Below are positions 25,968 through 38,677 of a stretch of 64,000 nt of DNA, one piece after another. How positions within the stretch are numbered: the stretch's first letter is position 1; each line of letters begins with the position of its first letter. Position numbers and translations under genes: made by a program. The notes beneath the pieces were generated by a model that saw only the letters and a program-made list of their open reading frames with translations, was not told where the DNA came from and made no database searches. Origin of the DNA: Felis catus (lineage: Eukaryota); the NCBI RefSeq assembly GCF_018350175.1, contig NC_058368.1, positions 223,016,001 through 223,080,000 on the forward strand, read 5' to 3'.

Positions 25968-26247
25968 TTTTAAAAATTTTTTAACGTTTATTTATTTTTG
26001 AGAGAGGGAGACAGAGTGTAAGCAGGGGGTGGGGCAGAGAGAGAGGGAGACACAGAATCCGAGCAGTCAGCACAGAGCCTGATGTGGGGCTTGGACTCAC
26101 GAGCCGTGAGATCGTGACCCGAGCAGAAGTCAGACACTTAACTGACTGATCCACCCAGGCACCTTTTTTTTTTAAATTTTTTTTAACGTTTATTTATTTT
26201 TGAGAGAGGGAGACAGTGTAAGCACAGGGTGGGACAGAGAGAGAGGG
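25968..26247 (-). mobile_element. Tandem 1.5-mer CAN-SINE within one TSD
   Basis: Near-full SINE 25968-26163 plus an extra 3' half 26164-26247; TSD at 25950-25967 and 26248-26265. Confidence 0.9.
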
Positions 26248-28221
26248 ATTTTTAAACTGTATCTTAATCAATATGATGGCACTGCTTGCAAATTGTAGAA
26301 GATGCATTTTGAGAGTTACATAGAGGCCTTGAATGACATACTAAATTTTTTGGATTATATCCTAAAATTGACATGGCATTAGTTGAGGTTTCCAAATATG
26401 GTTAAAATTATATAATTATGACAGGTACATTTAGTAACTATTTCACAGAAACTACATTTAAAAGTGAGATTTCAGTGTTTAAAAATAATCTACCTGTAAT
26501 CACTGTTTCTCTTTATAATTTGTAAGAAATTACATTTGAAGAATAGTTATTAATAGACACTTCTGTAGCATTTCATGTGAACCTTTCTCTTCATATTTTG
26601 AAAAAGTTGTATCTTGGACAAAAATCTGAATACCACCACATAAATGTTTTAGCCTCTCAACATTGAACATTTGAAAATCATTGTTTTTCAAAAAAATATA
26701 TAATTGAAAAACAACTTGCAGAAGTTTCCTATGATTCAATTTTTAATGTAGTGTACTTTTTCAACTTGCTGACATAATACCCAATACCGATGACATTCAT
26801 TTATTCTAATTCTTCTTAATAAGTTGATCCTTTCTGGGAATTATTTGCATAAAATAATGAAGTAGGATTACAGAGGAATTAGAGCAGTGTATTAACATAC
26901 TCCCCCCAACCCCCCCACACCCTCCTGTGGCCTCATTCTTGACATCAGAGGAGGAACATTTATTTTCATTCACTGATAATAGCAAATTAAAAACCAAAAG
27001 CAGCAGGGAAAAATGGTGACTGCCCCAGTTGTTCTTTAAAGAAATTGAAATACCTATGTTCTAAATATTGTTCTCTATTAGGCCAGAAATACTTTCATAT
27101 ATTTCATGAGATGCCTTCAAATTGTTGTTGGATGTGTATTCCACAGCACAATCGCCAGTTAATCAAAAGAAATTGGAAATATTTAAAAATCCTTAGTAGC
27201 ATCCCATCTTATAATTCTGTTCACTACATTTCTAAAATCTCTTCCATTTAATGTGCATTCACTTTTTCTAAGTCAACGTGTTTTGATCTTGTGGTAAATT
27301 TTGTTTATAACGTGAAGGTGATTATAAAACTACATCCTACTTATTACTTAATAGGTCTTCAATTTAGAATCAGTGCACTCAATTTATCTCCACTAGATCT
27401 AAACAAATACTGTATTATAAAGGTCAGATTTGACTGTCACAAGTAAACAACTCATCTTAATAAAATCCCACTAAGAGGAAGCACATTTTCCACCTTCAGC
27501 TTTTGAGTGAAGTTGCTTTTCAGAAATAATTGAAAGGAAATTAATCAAATTTCATTTTTCTCAGTATAACTTGTTTATCGATGCAAAATAATTTGTTTAA
27601 AGTGTGGTCAAATCAAATTACAGTTTTTCCTTGATGTATAGCAGTTGTAAATATTTTTGTGCTTTTAATTAACAAGCTTATTTGGAAGAAGTATGAACTG
27701 ATAGCTCTAGAGGTAGAGATGAGTATAAAATAATTGTTAGTGATGCTTAAATATTAGGGATATAAATTTAAATATAAAGCCCATTGATTAAATGATAACG
27801 TTGAAAATAAACCAAATAAAATACTGTCAAATGTACCAATTAAACAAATCACTCATTATTTTTATTTTTATTTTTTCTCTGATAATATAACCCTGGTAAA
27901 ATTTAGATATGCTAAAAAAGTGATTTTTTAGGCACTATTTAATAATGGTTAAAATATATTTTTTAAATTTTTCTACTTTTATGAACAGATCCACAGATAT
28001 AACTTTATAACTTTCCTTCTGCAAAAGTTACTAATTTCACCACCACTTATGTCTTTTGTTTTGTTTTGTTTTGTTTTGATGTAAGATCTATAGCAAAAAA
28101 ACACTTATTCCTTCTATTAAATTCCAGTTTCCAACGGTGGTTTGAACTGAACTGCAAACGTTATTTTATATTTTATTTTATTTTATTTTATTTTATTTTA
28201 TTTTATTTTATTTTATTTTAT

Positions 28222-28436
28222 ACTTATTTTTTCAGTTTATTTATTTTGAGAGAGAGAAAGAAAGAGACAGCAAGCACAAGCAGGGGAGGGGCAGAATGAA
28301 GACACAGAATCCCAAGCATGTTCTGCATCATCAGCACAGAATGCAATGCAAAGTTCCAACCCATGAGCTGAGAGATCATGATCAGAGGCGAGATCAAAGT
28401 TTGGACGCTTAACTGACTACACCACCCAGGCACCCC
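28222..28436 (-). mobile_element. CAN-SINE flanked by (TTTTA)n on both sides
   Basis: SINE body; (TTTTA)n at ~28163-28220 and ~28437-28492. Confidence 0.9.
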
Positions 28437-28509
28437 TATTTTATTTTTATTTTATTTTATTTTATTTTATTTTATTTTATTTTATTTTATTATGTTTTAC
28501 TTTCTAAAA

Positions 28510-28810
28510 TTAATTTTTTATATTTGAGTATAGTTGACACACAGTGTTATATCAGTGTCTGGTGTATAACAGTGATTCAACATCTCTATGTTATGATATG
28601 TTCATCATAAGGGGAGCTGTGATCCATCACCATAGGACACTATCGCAATATCATTGACTATATTCCCTGTTCTGTGCCTTTTATTCTTATGACTTATTCA
28701 GTCCATAATTGGAAGCTTGTATCTCCTGCTGTCCTTCACCTGTTTTGTCCATCACCCACCCCTCTTCTCTCTGGCACCCATCAATCTGTTCTCTATATTT
28801 ATAGGTGCAG
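28510..28810 (-). mobile_element. Carnivore L1 (L1_Carn-like) 3' end
   Basis: TTGAGTATAGTTGACACACAGTGTTAT...TCATTGACTATATTCCC...TGACTTATTCA. Confidence 0.8.
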
Positions 28811-30399
28811 ACATCATTTGCTTCTTTCATTTGTCACATCATGATGAATGTACAGTTTGGCTTTGTTTTTGCCATCTCTCTGCTAAGTTTCAGGCCATCA
28901 TTAATTTCATGGGATATTAGAAGAGTGTTTAGAAAGGTGAAATTGGTTACGTGTATTGTTATTAGCAACATGTAAAGTCTCTTCCCATTTTCTCAGATAT
29001 TATAATTCTATTTAAAATTAACAGTTTAACTGTGATGCAGAAATGGTAGGCGACAAGGACTCCCAGACTACCCACCAGGGCAAAGAATACATCCTGAAAT
29101 TTCTGGAAGAATTGAGTGAGCAAGTTGAAAATGCTGGATATCTTCACTGAGGCCAAGAATTTATGAAAATGAATCAGTAGTAATCTTTGAGAGAGACACC
29201 ATTATTTTTCTCTTGTAGTGAAGATAGAATACTACTTGCCGGAGTCAGTACTGGGAGAGGATGAGAAGAATGGAGGAAATTTTCCCCTAGACTTTTAGGC
29301 TTTGAGATCCCACCACTAATCTTTCACAAAAGAATCTGTAAGGAAATAGGCAACGCATGGCCATGGTTTAAATAGGATTCAACCACTTAATTCAGGAGCA
29401 TCAATTTTCTCTTCCCTAGATCAACATAAGTATCAACGGAGGTTGATAAGAGTACAAAGTCTCATAATTTAACATGTTTATACACTAGGTGACACCTGAA
29501 GGATTCCTTGACGCTGACTCCACAATATTCCTTATTTCCTTTCAATCTCAGACTCTGTAACTTTCTTATTGTAGGGATCCCATGTGTCTCCCAATATGAA
29601 ACATACCACTGCGCCTGCTGCCATGTTACAAATCTGTCCCTTAGTAAACCTAATGGATTTTTCATACTTATAGGTCGTTGCAGGTTCTAAGGTGAGGGGA
29701 GGATCTTGGTGCTTCGTATGAGGAGAAGGAGGAAGAGAAGGGGGCTGGGAAGCCAGTCGGATCCCATTTCTCCTTCCCAGTGAGGACTGCTGTGTCCTCC
29801 TGAGATCCCTAAGGGCTGACACAGCCTGCCATGTGGGATGTGAATTTGCTTTTCAAGAATTTGGAATCTGCATTCACATGAGAAATCATGTCACCTGTTA
29901 ACATGATTATTTTGTCCTCCTCCTAAAAAGTGTTCACTCAAACTTCTTAGGCTTTTAATACTTTTCTATCTTTCTGAAAAAGGAAAAAAAAGGGGGGGGT
30001 AATGACTTGCTACTTTTTTCCAGACCTTCCCATGCTTCCAGAACACAACTCCCTCTTTGTCTCCTCTCTCTGTCATTCTTTCTCAATCATGTGTACTTAT
30101 TCTTTCCTCATTTTCTCAAATGTGAACATTATGGTGTTTCTGGGTTAAGGATTCAGAATGTGTCTTGATCTATCATTTTTGGGGGTGATTTAATATAGAC
30201 TTATGAAATAGTTTATACCTTCTTTAAGCTGGAAGTGTCCGATCCTCTCTGTAAAACTGGATTCTTTTGTAACATCTGACCCAAATTCTCTAATATGGTA
30301 TGTAATAGGAATCTCAAGTGACTGACTTCCCTGCACACGCGGGTGTATGAGCACACACACACACACACATACACACAGAAACACACCACTCTAATCTCA

Positions 30400-31440
30400 T
30401 GGAATTTACTTCTCCTTTAGTCTTGTCCTTCTCAGCAAGTGACGATGCTTTCTGAAAAGCCTGGTGTTATGGTTGAGTGATCACTTTCTCTCACACTCTC
30501 TCGGCCAGTCCATCCGCAAATGCTGTAGATCCTAAAAGCAAATCATATACCCAGGGCACCTAGGTGGCTCCGTCGGTTAAGGTCATGATCTAGGCCCATG
30601 GTCATGATCTGACTCAGCTCAGGTCATGATCTATCTGACTTCAGTTCAGGTCATGATCTCATGGTTCATGGGTTTGAGCACCGCATCAAATTATATGCTG
30701 ACAGTTTAGAGCCTGGAGCCTGCTTCGGATTCTGTGTCTCCCTCTCTCTCTCTCTTGCCCTTCCCCCACTCACACTCTGTCTCTCTCTGTCTCTCAAAAA
30801 TAAATAAACATTGAAAAAAAACAAAAAGCAAAACATATACCATCTCATTAACTAACTAGTCAAGGACACCATCATGTCTCAACTTGACCCTTGCAATAGC
30901 TCCTACTCAACGCCCGCTTCCAGCTGCTCAGGATCTTCCAGGCTGTTGGAGTCAGAACAGTTCTTCTAAGTCTCAACCCCATTCACCTTGTTTTTCTCTT
31001 TACAACCTTGTTGGTCAGTAAGTATGAAAGCCCTGAGTCTGGAGTGTATGATCTGCCTCTTTCCTCACCTTGCATCAGCCTCGCACTGTTCTCTACAATC
31101 TGGTGACCCTGTCCTCCTTGACGTTCTCATCATATGCTAGTGTCTTACAGTTACTTTTGCTTGCAATGGCTGTTCTCCACATGCCTACATGGCTCCCTTT
31201 CTTATTTCTTCTGGTTTCTGTGAATGTCACCACTAACACTATTGTCATTGTTTGCCCAGTATCTTGCTTCTTTATACCCACATCATCCAATTTATAACCT
31301 ATTAATTTATACATTTGTTTATTGTGTATAATCCTCTAATTGGAAGAAAACATTCACGACAGCAAAACTTCGTTTGTTTTGATCTCTGCCAAATCTAAGC
31401 ACCTAAGGCAGCTTCTGCTGCTCAACAAACATCTTTATTC
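30400..31440 (+). mobile_element. LINE-2 relic (interrupted by a SINE)
   Basis: CACCATCATGTCTC...TGCAATAGCTCCT and terminal ...TGCTCAACAAA; boundaries approximate. Confidence 0.6.
30554..30823 (+). mobile_element. CAN-SINE with internal 4x repeat of GGTCATGATCT
   Basis: TSD AAAAGCAAAWCATATACC at 30534-30551 and 30824-30841. Confidence 0.93.
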
Positions 31441-31903
31441 TTAATCTTAAATGTAAATGATACCAGGATGATTTTTTTTTTCATTAAAAAGACCCTCGTC
31501 TTTAGTGGAAAATTCCTCTGGCTTTATCTTTTTCTGAACCTCTAACTGCACAAGGATTTTACAATGAGAGTCTAGTGATTTCTCTTTGTTCATCAAATTC
31601 TATTTTGATAGTGGAGTAGAGTGAGAGCAGGGAGAATTGGTTGATCCCATGATAGGACTAGTAAATTGTTGGGCCGCAGGTGCAACTCAGGATAATATTC
31701 CTTACTTCCAAAAGTACTTCCAGGTTACTTTTTAGTTATAAGTTATTTGTCAGATGGCTGCTGCAACTTTTACTCCCCTTGATTTAAATAATTTAGCTGA
31801 CTATAGTGAATATGGCTGGACCATCTTGAGCCAAAAGCCCTCCATATAGAGACAAGTACAAGCCACATATAGCTCCAACACTATTAAAAATAACAAATAT
31901 TGA

Positions 31904-32068
31904 GGGGTGCCTGGGTGGCTCGGTCAGTTAAGTATCTGACTGTTGATTTCAGCTCAGGTCGTGATCTCATTGTTTGTGGGTTCAAGTCCCACATCGGTTT
32001 CTGCACTGACAGCACAGAGCCTGCTTGGGAGACTCTCTGTCCTCTCTCTCTGCCCCTCGACAACTCAT

Positions 32069-32121
<53 letters not shown>

Positions 32122-32190
32122 GTCTCCCAAACATACATACATACATATATACATACATACGTTAAAAATAAAAGAAATAAAGTTTATTAA
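31904..32190 (+). mobile_element. CAN-SINE
   Basis: SINE body, (CT)n, (CATA)n tail; TSD ~AAAAATAACAAAWATTGA. Confidence 0.93.
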
Positions 32191-33533
32191 AAAAATAACA
32201 AAAATTGAACAGGAACAACAAACCAAAATGAGACAACATAATTCCAAGCAACCATCAGCAATAATGTAGATTTTAACCAAAGACTCTTAGGGAGAAGAAT
32301 AAAGATAATACATCATAAAACATGTGGGAAGAATTTCTGAAAACCCTCATTAAGAAGAATCTCTTTTTTACTTTAAAGTTAAGCCCATTTTCCATTATCA
32401 TCTACCTGCCTCCCTGTATCTCTTCTTTTTCCTCATGTACTCAGCATCTCTCTGCACTGGCTGCTCTAACGTCTACTCCATCCTCAATATTCTTCTGATA
32501 GTTTAATGTTATGAGTATTGACCTTTTTACTTAAGTCTTTACTTAATGTTTTGATAAGAAGTCTTCAGTAAAACTTTAGAATTGCCCTTACTAATTTTTA
32601 GCTAACCCATAAAGTTATCATTGCTAATAACATGTTTGAAATGCCTTTTGTTGAAACACTTTAATCAAGAGCTTCCTATGGAAGCCATTTTCATTATGTT
32701 ATTGTCATGCCTTGTGTATCACGGCTAAATTCTGAAATCAGACTCTTGGCATCAGAATGCAATCAGTCTGCCATAGACAGGAGTGAGAAGTGGTTTGTTG
32801 TTTTTGTTATGGGGTAGGGACAGAAATAGTGCATGTTTTGAATACAAAATTATTTAAATAAAGTTGCAAGTTGCAAGCACAGTTTACTCTAGAAAGAGAA
32901 TAAGAAAAAAAAGATGAGGACTAATAAGTTGGCTGAATATAAGAGGGTTTGGCTTCAGGTAGAATGTAATTCATCTTTCAATAAAAGGGAATACTGTGAC
33001 ATTCTACCACTGAATATGTCAGACGTTTACCTTCTGAAAGCTCCAATATGGTGAATTTTGACTCAGTAGTTCCCAGAAGAAATCTTTAAAAATATTACTA
33101 TTTACACAAATAATGAATTTGTTAATATGTTATAAGCATATGAGGAACATTTGTGTTCACCTTTGCCGTTAGAACAAAAGAATGTGTTCTCCAAGAACAG
33201 AGAAAAAAACAAGTCAATGATTGTATTGGGTCTTATTTAAACCCAAATAGCTTGCTTTTCATGCCAATATTTATTTAAAGATCAGTAGAAAGATTCTAAT
33301 CATATCGGGTTCTCAGTTTCATGGAAAAATGTTAAAAATAATATTTCACTACCTTCTCCACAATTCAGTTTGAAATTCTATTGCTAGTACAGTCTTTTCT
33401 CATGAAAATTTCAGTCAATACAAAGGGCATATATGTGTATGTGTGTGTTGGGAGAGACAATATGGATAATTTGCATTATGAAGAATAATATTATTGTTTT
33501 GAATATTAACTGTTAAGAACTTAATTAAGTTTT

Positions 33534-33757
33534 GGGGTGCCTGGGTGGCTCAGTTGGTTAACCGTCCAACTTCAGCTCAGGTCATGATCTCACACTCAGG
33601 GAGTTCAAGCCCCGCATTGGGCTCTGTGCTGACAGCTCAGAGCCTGGAGCCTGCTACAACTTCTATGTCTCCCTCTCTCTCTGCCCCTCTCCTGCTCATG
33701 CTCTCTCTCTGTCTCAAAAATAAATAAATAAATAAAAAACATTAAAAAATTTTTAAA
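33534..33757 (+). mobile_element. CAN-SINE
   Basis: Complete body and tail; AAGAACTTAATT on both flanks. Confidence 0.94.
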
Positions 33758-34574
33758 AAGAACTTAATTTTTACTTATTTTTACCAATTACTCTATCTAT
33801 ACTTGTCAGTAAAGCAGTATGAATTCTTCATATATTTGACTAATCATGTGATAGTATTTGACAATAAACTACCATGTCAATAAATAACATCATGCCTTAA
33901 GACAAAAACAGAGGTCAAAATTACAACAAACATAAAAGGGACTAAAATCTGTACATCTATTAAAATTTCAAGTATACATTTAATGGAAAGTACATTTCTT
34001 TAACTGTGGTGATATCCGTGACCCTAATGTACTTTTGAAGTCTTTGCTCATCAGAGCAAGAACTCGGTATTAGTAATTTTTCATGTGACTACAAGTAACC
34101 ATCTCTTATTTTATACTGTAAAATATAACTGTGATCTCTACTAATAATAATCATATATAAAGAAACAAAATCCCATCTTATGAATCTACTAATTATTTAC
34201 ACTGCTTTCATATTTTTGGCAAGAGACAGTATAGATTTCAGACTCAAATATTAGATTGCTATTTGCCATGTGTAAATGTAAAACTCCTAGAAAAGGGGCT
34301 GGTCACATAGTGGATGCTTTATTAGCTAGAGAAATTCTCACTAGCTATTGAAGAATAGTCCCCTATTACATCCATAACACAGTGCATTTAAATTGAATTT
34401 CTTGTTCAACTTGAAACCTGCCTTCTGGGATAGCTCTCCTCCAAGGGGTGGGAAGCCCAGGCATCCAGGCTTCTTCCATTGGGTAGTTTCTCAATGTTGG
34501 ACCCCTTTGCTTTCAGTATGTGTATAGACTCAAGGTGTACAAAATGATTCCAAGGATCAGAATTTGAAAATTAT

Positions 34575-34765
34575 TTTTTTAATTAATTTATTTTTCAGAG
34601 AGAGAGCACATGGAAGGGGGAGAGAGAGAGAGAGACAGAAAGAGAGGAGAGAGAAAATCCCAAGTAGGCTCCACACTGACTGATGTGGGGTCGAGCTCAC
34701 AAACCATGAGATCATGACCTGAGCTGAAGTCAGATGCTTAATCTACTGAGCCACCCAAGACCCCC
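34575..34765 (-). mobile_element. CAN-SINE (degenerate)
   Basis: GAGATCATGACCTGAGCTGAAGTC...GAGCCACCC. Confidence 0.88.
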
Positions 34766-36073
34766 AGAAGATCTATCACTTCTATCCACATTGCTTTGTC
34801 TATAATAGTGACAGAGACCCGCCCTAACTACAAAGGGACCTTGCAAATGTTATGTCCCTATGCTCTTGAAGAAAGGAAACTAGACTGTTAAAATCTACCT
34901 AGTTCCATCTAAATAAAAGGAAAAAAAAATGTTAGGTTAAATCTCCCTACTGAGTCTGTTTCCATATAAAATGAGTATGTTACCTAGGATTTCCTCTGAA
35001 ACTTTGACATAAAACAGAAAGAACACTTAAGAGGAGAAATGAAAATCTTATGTACTGAGGTAAAAAAACAATTAGCTCTACTTTGCTGATTCCCTTCCTT
35101 ACTCAAGACAGGAAGATGGTATATATGAATTAATACAGGGAATAGATGGAGTTAAAGAAGAAACATATCACTGTTATATAAACTATAACTGTATAGAAAC
35201 TGTCTTGAAAATTAACCATTTTCCTAGCATTTGAGTAGTTGAAAGCAATGACCAAAAAAATAAATATATAAATAAATAGATTACCAACCTAGCCCAATTT
35301 TTAATTGAAAATTAATAAAAATGTGACTCTTTTATTCTTAATTATGAGACAGAAATGTATTAGAAAAAATGGAAGACAAATCTGTGTGCAATTTAGGCTT
35401 TTATAATAAGGGAGATAATTTTCTTAAAACCTTTTGCTTTCCTGTGAATAAATAGATTTCATTAGGGAGAAGTACAAATGCATTTTCAATATTTCAGAAT
35501 CTCAATTCTTTTTCGTTCTGTCACTACATTGGGTGTGAAGTTGGTCTAAATATTAGATACAATAATTGGTCTTGTATTTCACATTCTGGACCAAAATTGC
35601 TAAGAGTCATGGACATAATACTTGAAAAATATTTAGTATCATTAAAAATATAGGTAAAATTGTATAGTTATCAAAATATAAACTGAATGGCTGAAGGTAT
35701 ATATTTATATCATTTGGTAGATTTTACAAATTGGAGGTTCTGTCTAGCAACTATATATCTATAGGTTATCCAAGGTTAACAAGAAAAAAAAACAAGCGTT
35801 GATTTTTGTACATTATAAATTCTAGTAGACAAGTGTTCAAATGTGGGGTCTTCGGGGGAGAGGGTCTGGTAGTTCTCAGCTTCAGTGCTGGGAAGCAACA
35901 TCATTTTCTTTATGTTTTCTGTAGGCATCTACATGACAAACCCAGAAGCAGAAAGTCTGGGATTGAGAGATAACATGTGTAAGTCTGGTCACCCTCTCTC
36001 CCTCTCCTCTCTCTCTCTTAATGGTGATTCCAACTTAGTGGGATCTACAGGATATAATAATAAGAGATGTAAA

Positions 36074-36411
36074 TGAGGAGAAATAATTTTACTTCACCTT
36101 TCAAGGTTCTTGGCTGAGACCCCCTTGTGATGAAAGATCAGCAGGAGAAAAACAAACAAGTTCAAAAACATGCATAACTCCTGGCTACATGGGAGATACC
36201 CAAGAAAACTGAATAACTGCCAGAGATTTCCCAAGTCACTACCTTAAATACCATCTCCAGCGAAAGACAAAAGATATTGGTGGGAGGCAGTTAGAGGAAG
36301 TTATCAAACAAAGCACAATGAACAAGGTTGCAATTGTTACACAGATTTAAGTCAATGCCTTCTCCACTGATGGATTTCTCATGATTTAATCACCCTTCTC
36401 TTCCTGGTACA
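36074..36411 (-). mobile_element. ERV1-class LTR fragment (MER31/MER34-like group)
   Basis: AAATAATTTT...GGTTCTTGGCTGAGACCCCC...CATGGGAGATACCCAAGAAAACTGA resembles a recalled carnivore LTR; family and strand uncertain. Confidence 0.55.
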
Positions 36412-37379
36412 AAAAACATGAGTGCTAATCTCTGCTCTGTTATCAGGTTTGTAGGGACACATAGTATTAGCATTTGAGTCATGAAGCAAACATTTATAAG
36501 GTGAGGGAAAGAGAGTATATCACTGGGTTTCCAATTGCTTTCTCTTCAAATATGAGTGTGCTCAAAGACTCCAATAACTTCCCATCACTCTTAGAACCAA
36601 AACAAAACAAAAACAAATGTGTTTTGAACGTCCTAAAGGTCCCTTGAGACCTAGGTTCCTGTTATGTTTCTCAACGCCTTTCCCTTTTAACTCCACGTGC
36701 ATAGTCCTATTTTATTTCCAGATCCATTACAAGGGCTGTTCTAATGCCCGGGATAAACTTTCTTCAGTTGATGCAGGAGGTCACTGATAGGACATGACCA
36801 CAGGTTGATTCTTAGATAGATCCTGGCAATTAGAGTCCCCTCAATAGAGTGGGAATTAGTACCTATGTTTTCTGACTTTTGCTTACCCATTATATCCCAT
36901 AACACTATTCTTCTTCATTACATCACTCAGAGGAATTGTGCATAGCAGTTGTTCAACAGAGATGATTTTTAATTAATTATCACTATTTCAAGAAGTCAAT
37001 GCAATTTAACTTGCCTTGTGAAATTCAGAGGAAGCATGATTTTAAATATATCTCTACATGTAATTCATATTAATCTACATCTATTTTTATCTCTCAATCT
37101 ATTTTTTCAAACACATATTTGATTGTACTTGTGTGTATATGTGTGTGTATATATATACATATATACACACACATATATATAAAACACTCATAGGCATGTG
37201 TATCCTTTTATATGTATATATATGCATATGTATATATTTATATAAAGTTTAAATATGCATATAGTTTACATAAAGTTTAAATATGCATGTAGACAATGTT
37301 GGGAGATATATTTAATATAATATATTAATTAATACCATATTGGTATATATGCATATGTGTGTTTGTTATACTTATAGAC

Positions 37380-37538
37380 TTACATTTATGAACTGCATCT
37401 AAAAATCCCGATGTCCCTAGGTCTCAGCTGAAACCAATTAAATTTTAGTATCTGAGAGGGGAATCTAAGGTTAGGTTAGGTTAGGTTATTTTAAGGAGCC
37501 AGGTGATTCTGATTTGGTACCAGGGTTGATAAATACTC
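37380..37538. mobile_element. MER5-like hAT-Charlie MITE relic
   Basis: CCAGGTGATTCTGAT...CCAGGGTTGATAAATACT. Confidence 0.6.
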
Positions 37539-38463
37539 TGGGGGGCAGGGGGAATAGAGATAGATGTAAGGTCCTGGCATGTATACACACAGACTGAAGC
37601 TTTGGGACCAAGAGAGGAGTAACTTCATATACATAATTTCCAGGCTCCAAAGTACATTTAATTACCTTAACATTTATTTTTCTAAGATTTCTTTCTTTTG
37701 TCTCATATGTACATAGTTACTGCAATAAGTTCTATATTAAAGGATGGGAAACAGTTTTCCATAAATATCTCCTTGAAGGTGCTATCATTCATTTACTTCC
37801 TATTTGTGTGTGTTCTTTCAAAATGCAATCACAAGTGTTGCTTTTATAAATCCTTTAGGCCAATGATATGTGAGTCTGAATTACTTTTCGAGAGGATATT
37901 TGAAAGCCTTTCACTCAAACTGTCCATTTTGAAGAGCACAGCAATCAACTATTGCAAAAACAGAAGACTATAAAGATAGACATATTTCAGTACATTGTTT
38001 AAAAGCCAACGATTTGACAAGGGCTGTTACAGAGAACTCTTGTCCGTACTGAATGGACGCACGCGCACGACACAACAAAATAGGTGTGGGATTTCTTCAA
38101 AAGACATTGAGATCCTGGAATGCTTGATCTGGGCATTAGGATTTGGCTGAAAATACTACTTGGTAACAGTCTGGTTGAGACGGTTTTCAGACACATTCGG
38201 GATTTTATGCTTTTGTGTGTTATTTGTGTTATTCCCAAACACTGTTATTAGTTATTAACCCACTTATTAGGAGCCAATGAACTAATGCCCTTTGTAAAGA
38301 CACTTAAGCTTTCTCCTTATTAGTCTAGTCACAGATGGTTCACGATCTTTTCTTCCAGTTAAAGATTTTTGATCCCTGTGATTGTTCACAACCCCTTCCC
38401 CATTTTCCCTGCCTGCCCATGGGGCTCTCATTCTGCCCTTCTTTATTCTTCTTCTGGTTTTAC

Positions 38464-38677
38464 TTTTTTGTTGTTGTTGTTTTGTTTTTAAGTTTGCTTA
38501 TTTATTTTGAGAGAGTGCACACGCGAGAGTAGGGGAGGAACAGAGAGAAAATCCTAAGTAGGCACTCGCTGTTAGCTCAGAGCCCCAGGCGGGGCTAGAT
38601 CTCACCAATCTTGAGATCATAGCCTGAGCAGAGATCAAGAGTTAGAAGCGTAACCGACTGAGAAACCCAGGTGTCCC
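38464..38677 (-). mobile_element. CAN-SINE (degenerate)
   Basis: SINE body ending CCCAGGTGTCCC. Confidence 0.87.

Noticed and set aside
30581..30659. Repeat-spacer pattern superficially like a CRISPR array
   Set aside because: 11-bp repeats with 8-16 bp SINE-derived spacers in mammalian DNA; no cas genes.
37468..37488. (TTAGG)n resembling telomeric repeat
   Set aside because: Pentamer with only 3-4 units, not vertebrate TTAGGG; a microsatellite within a MER5-like relic.
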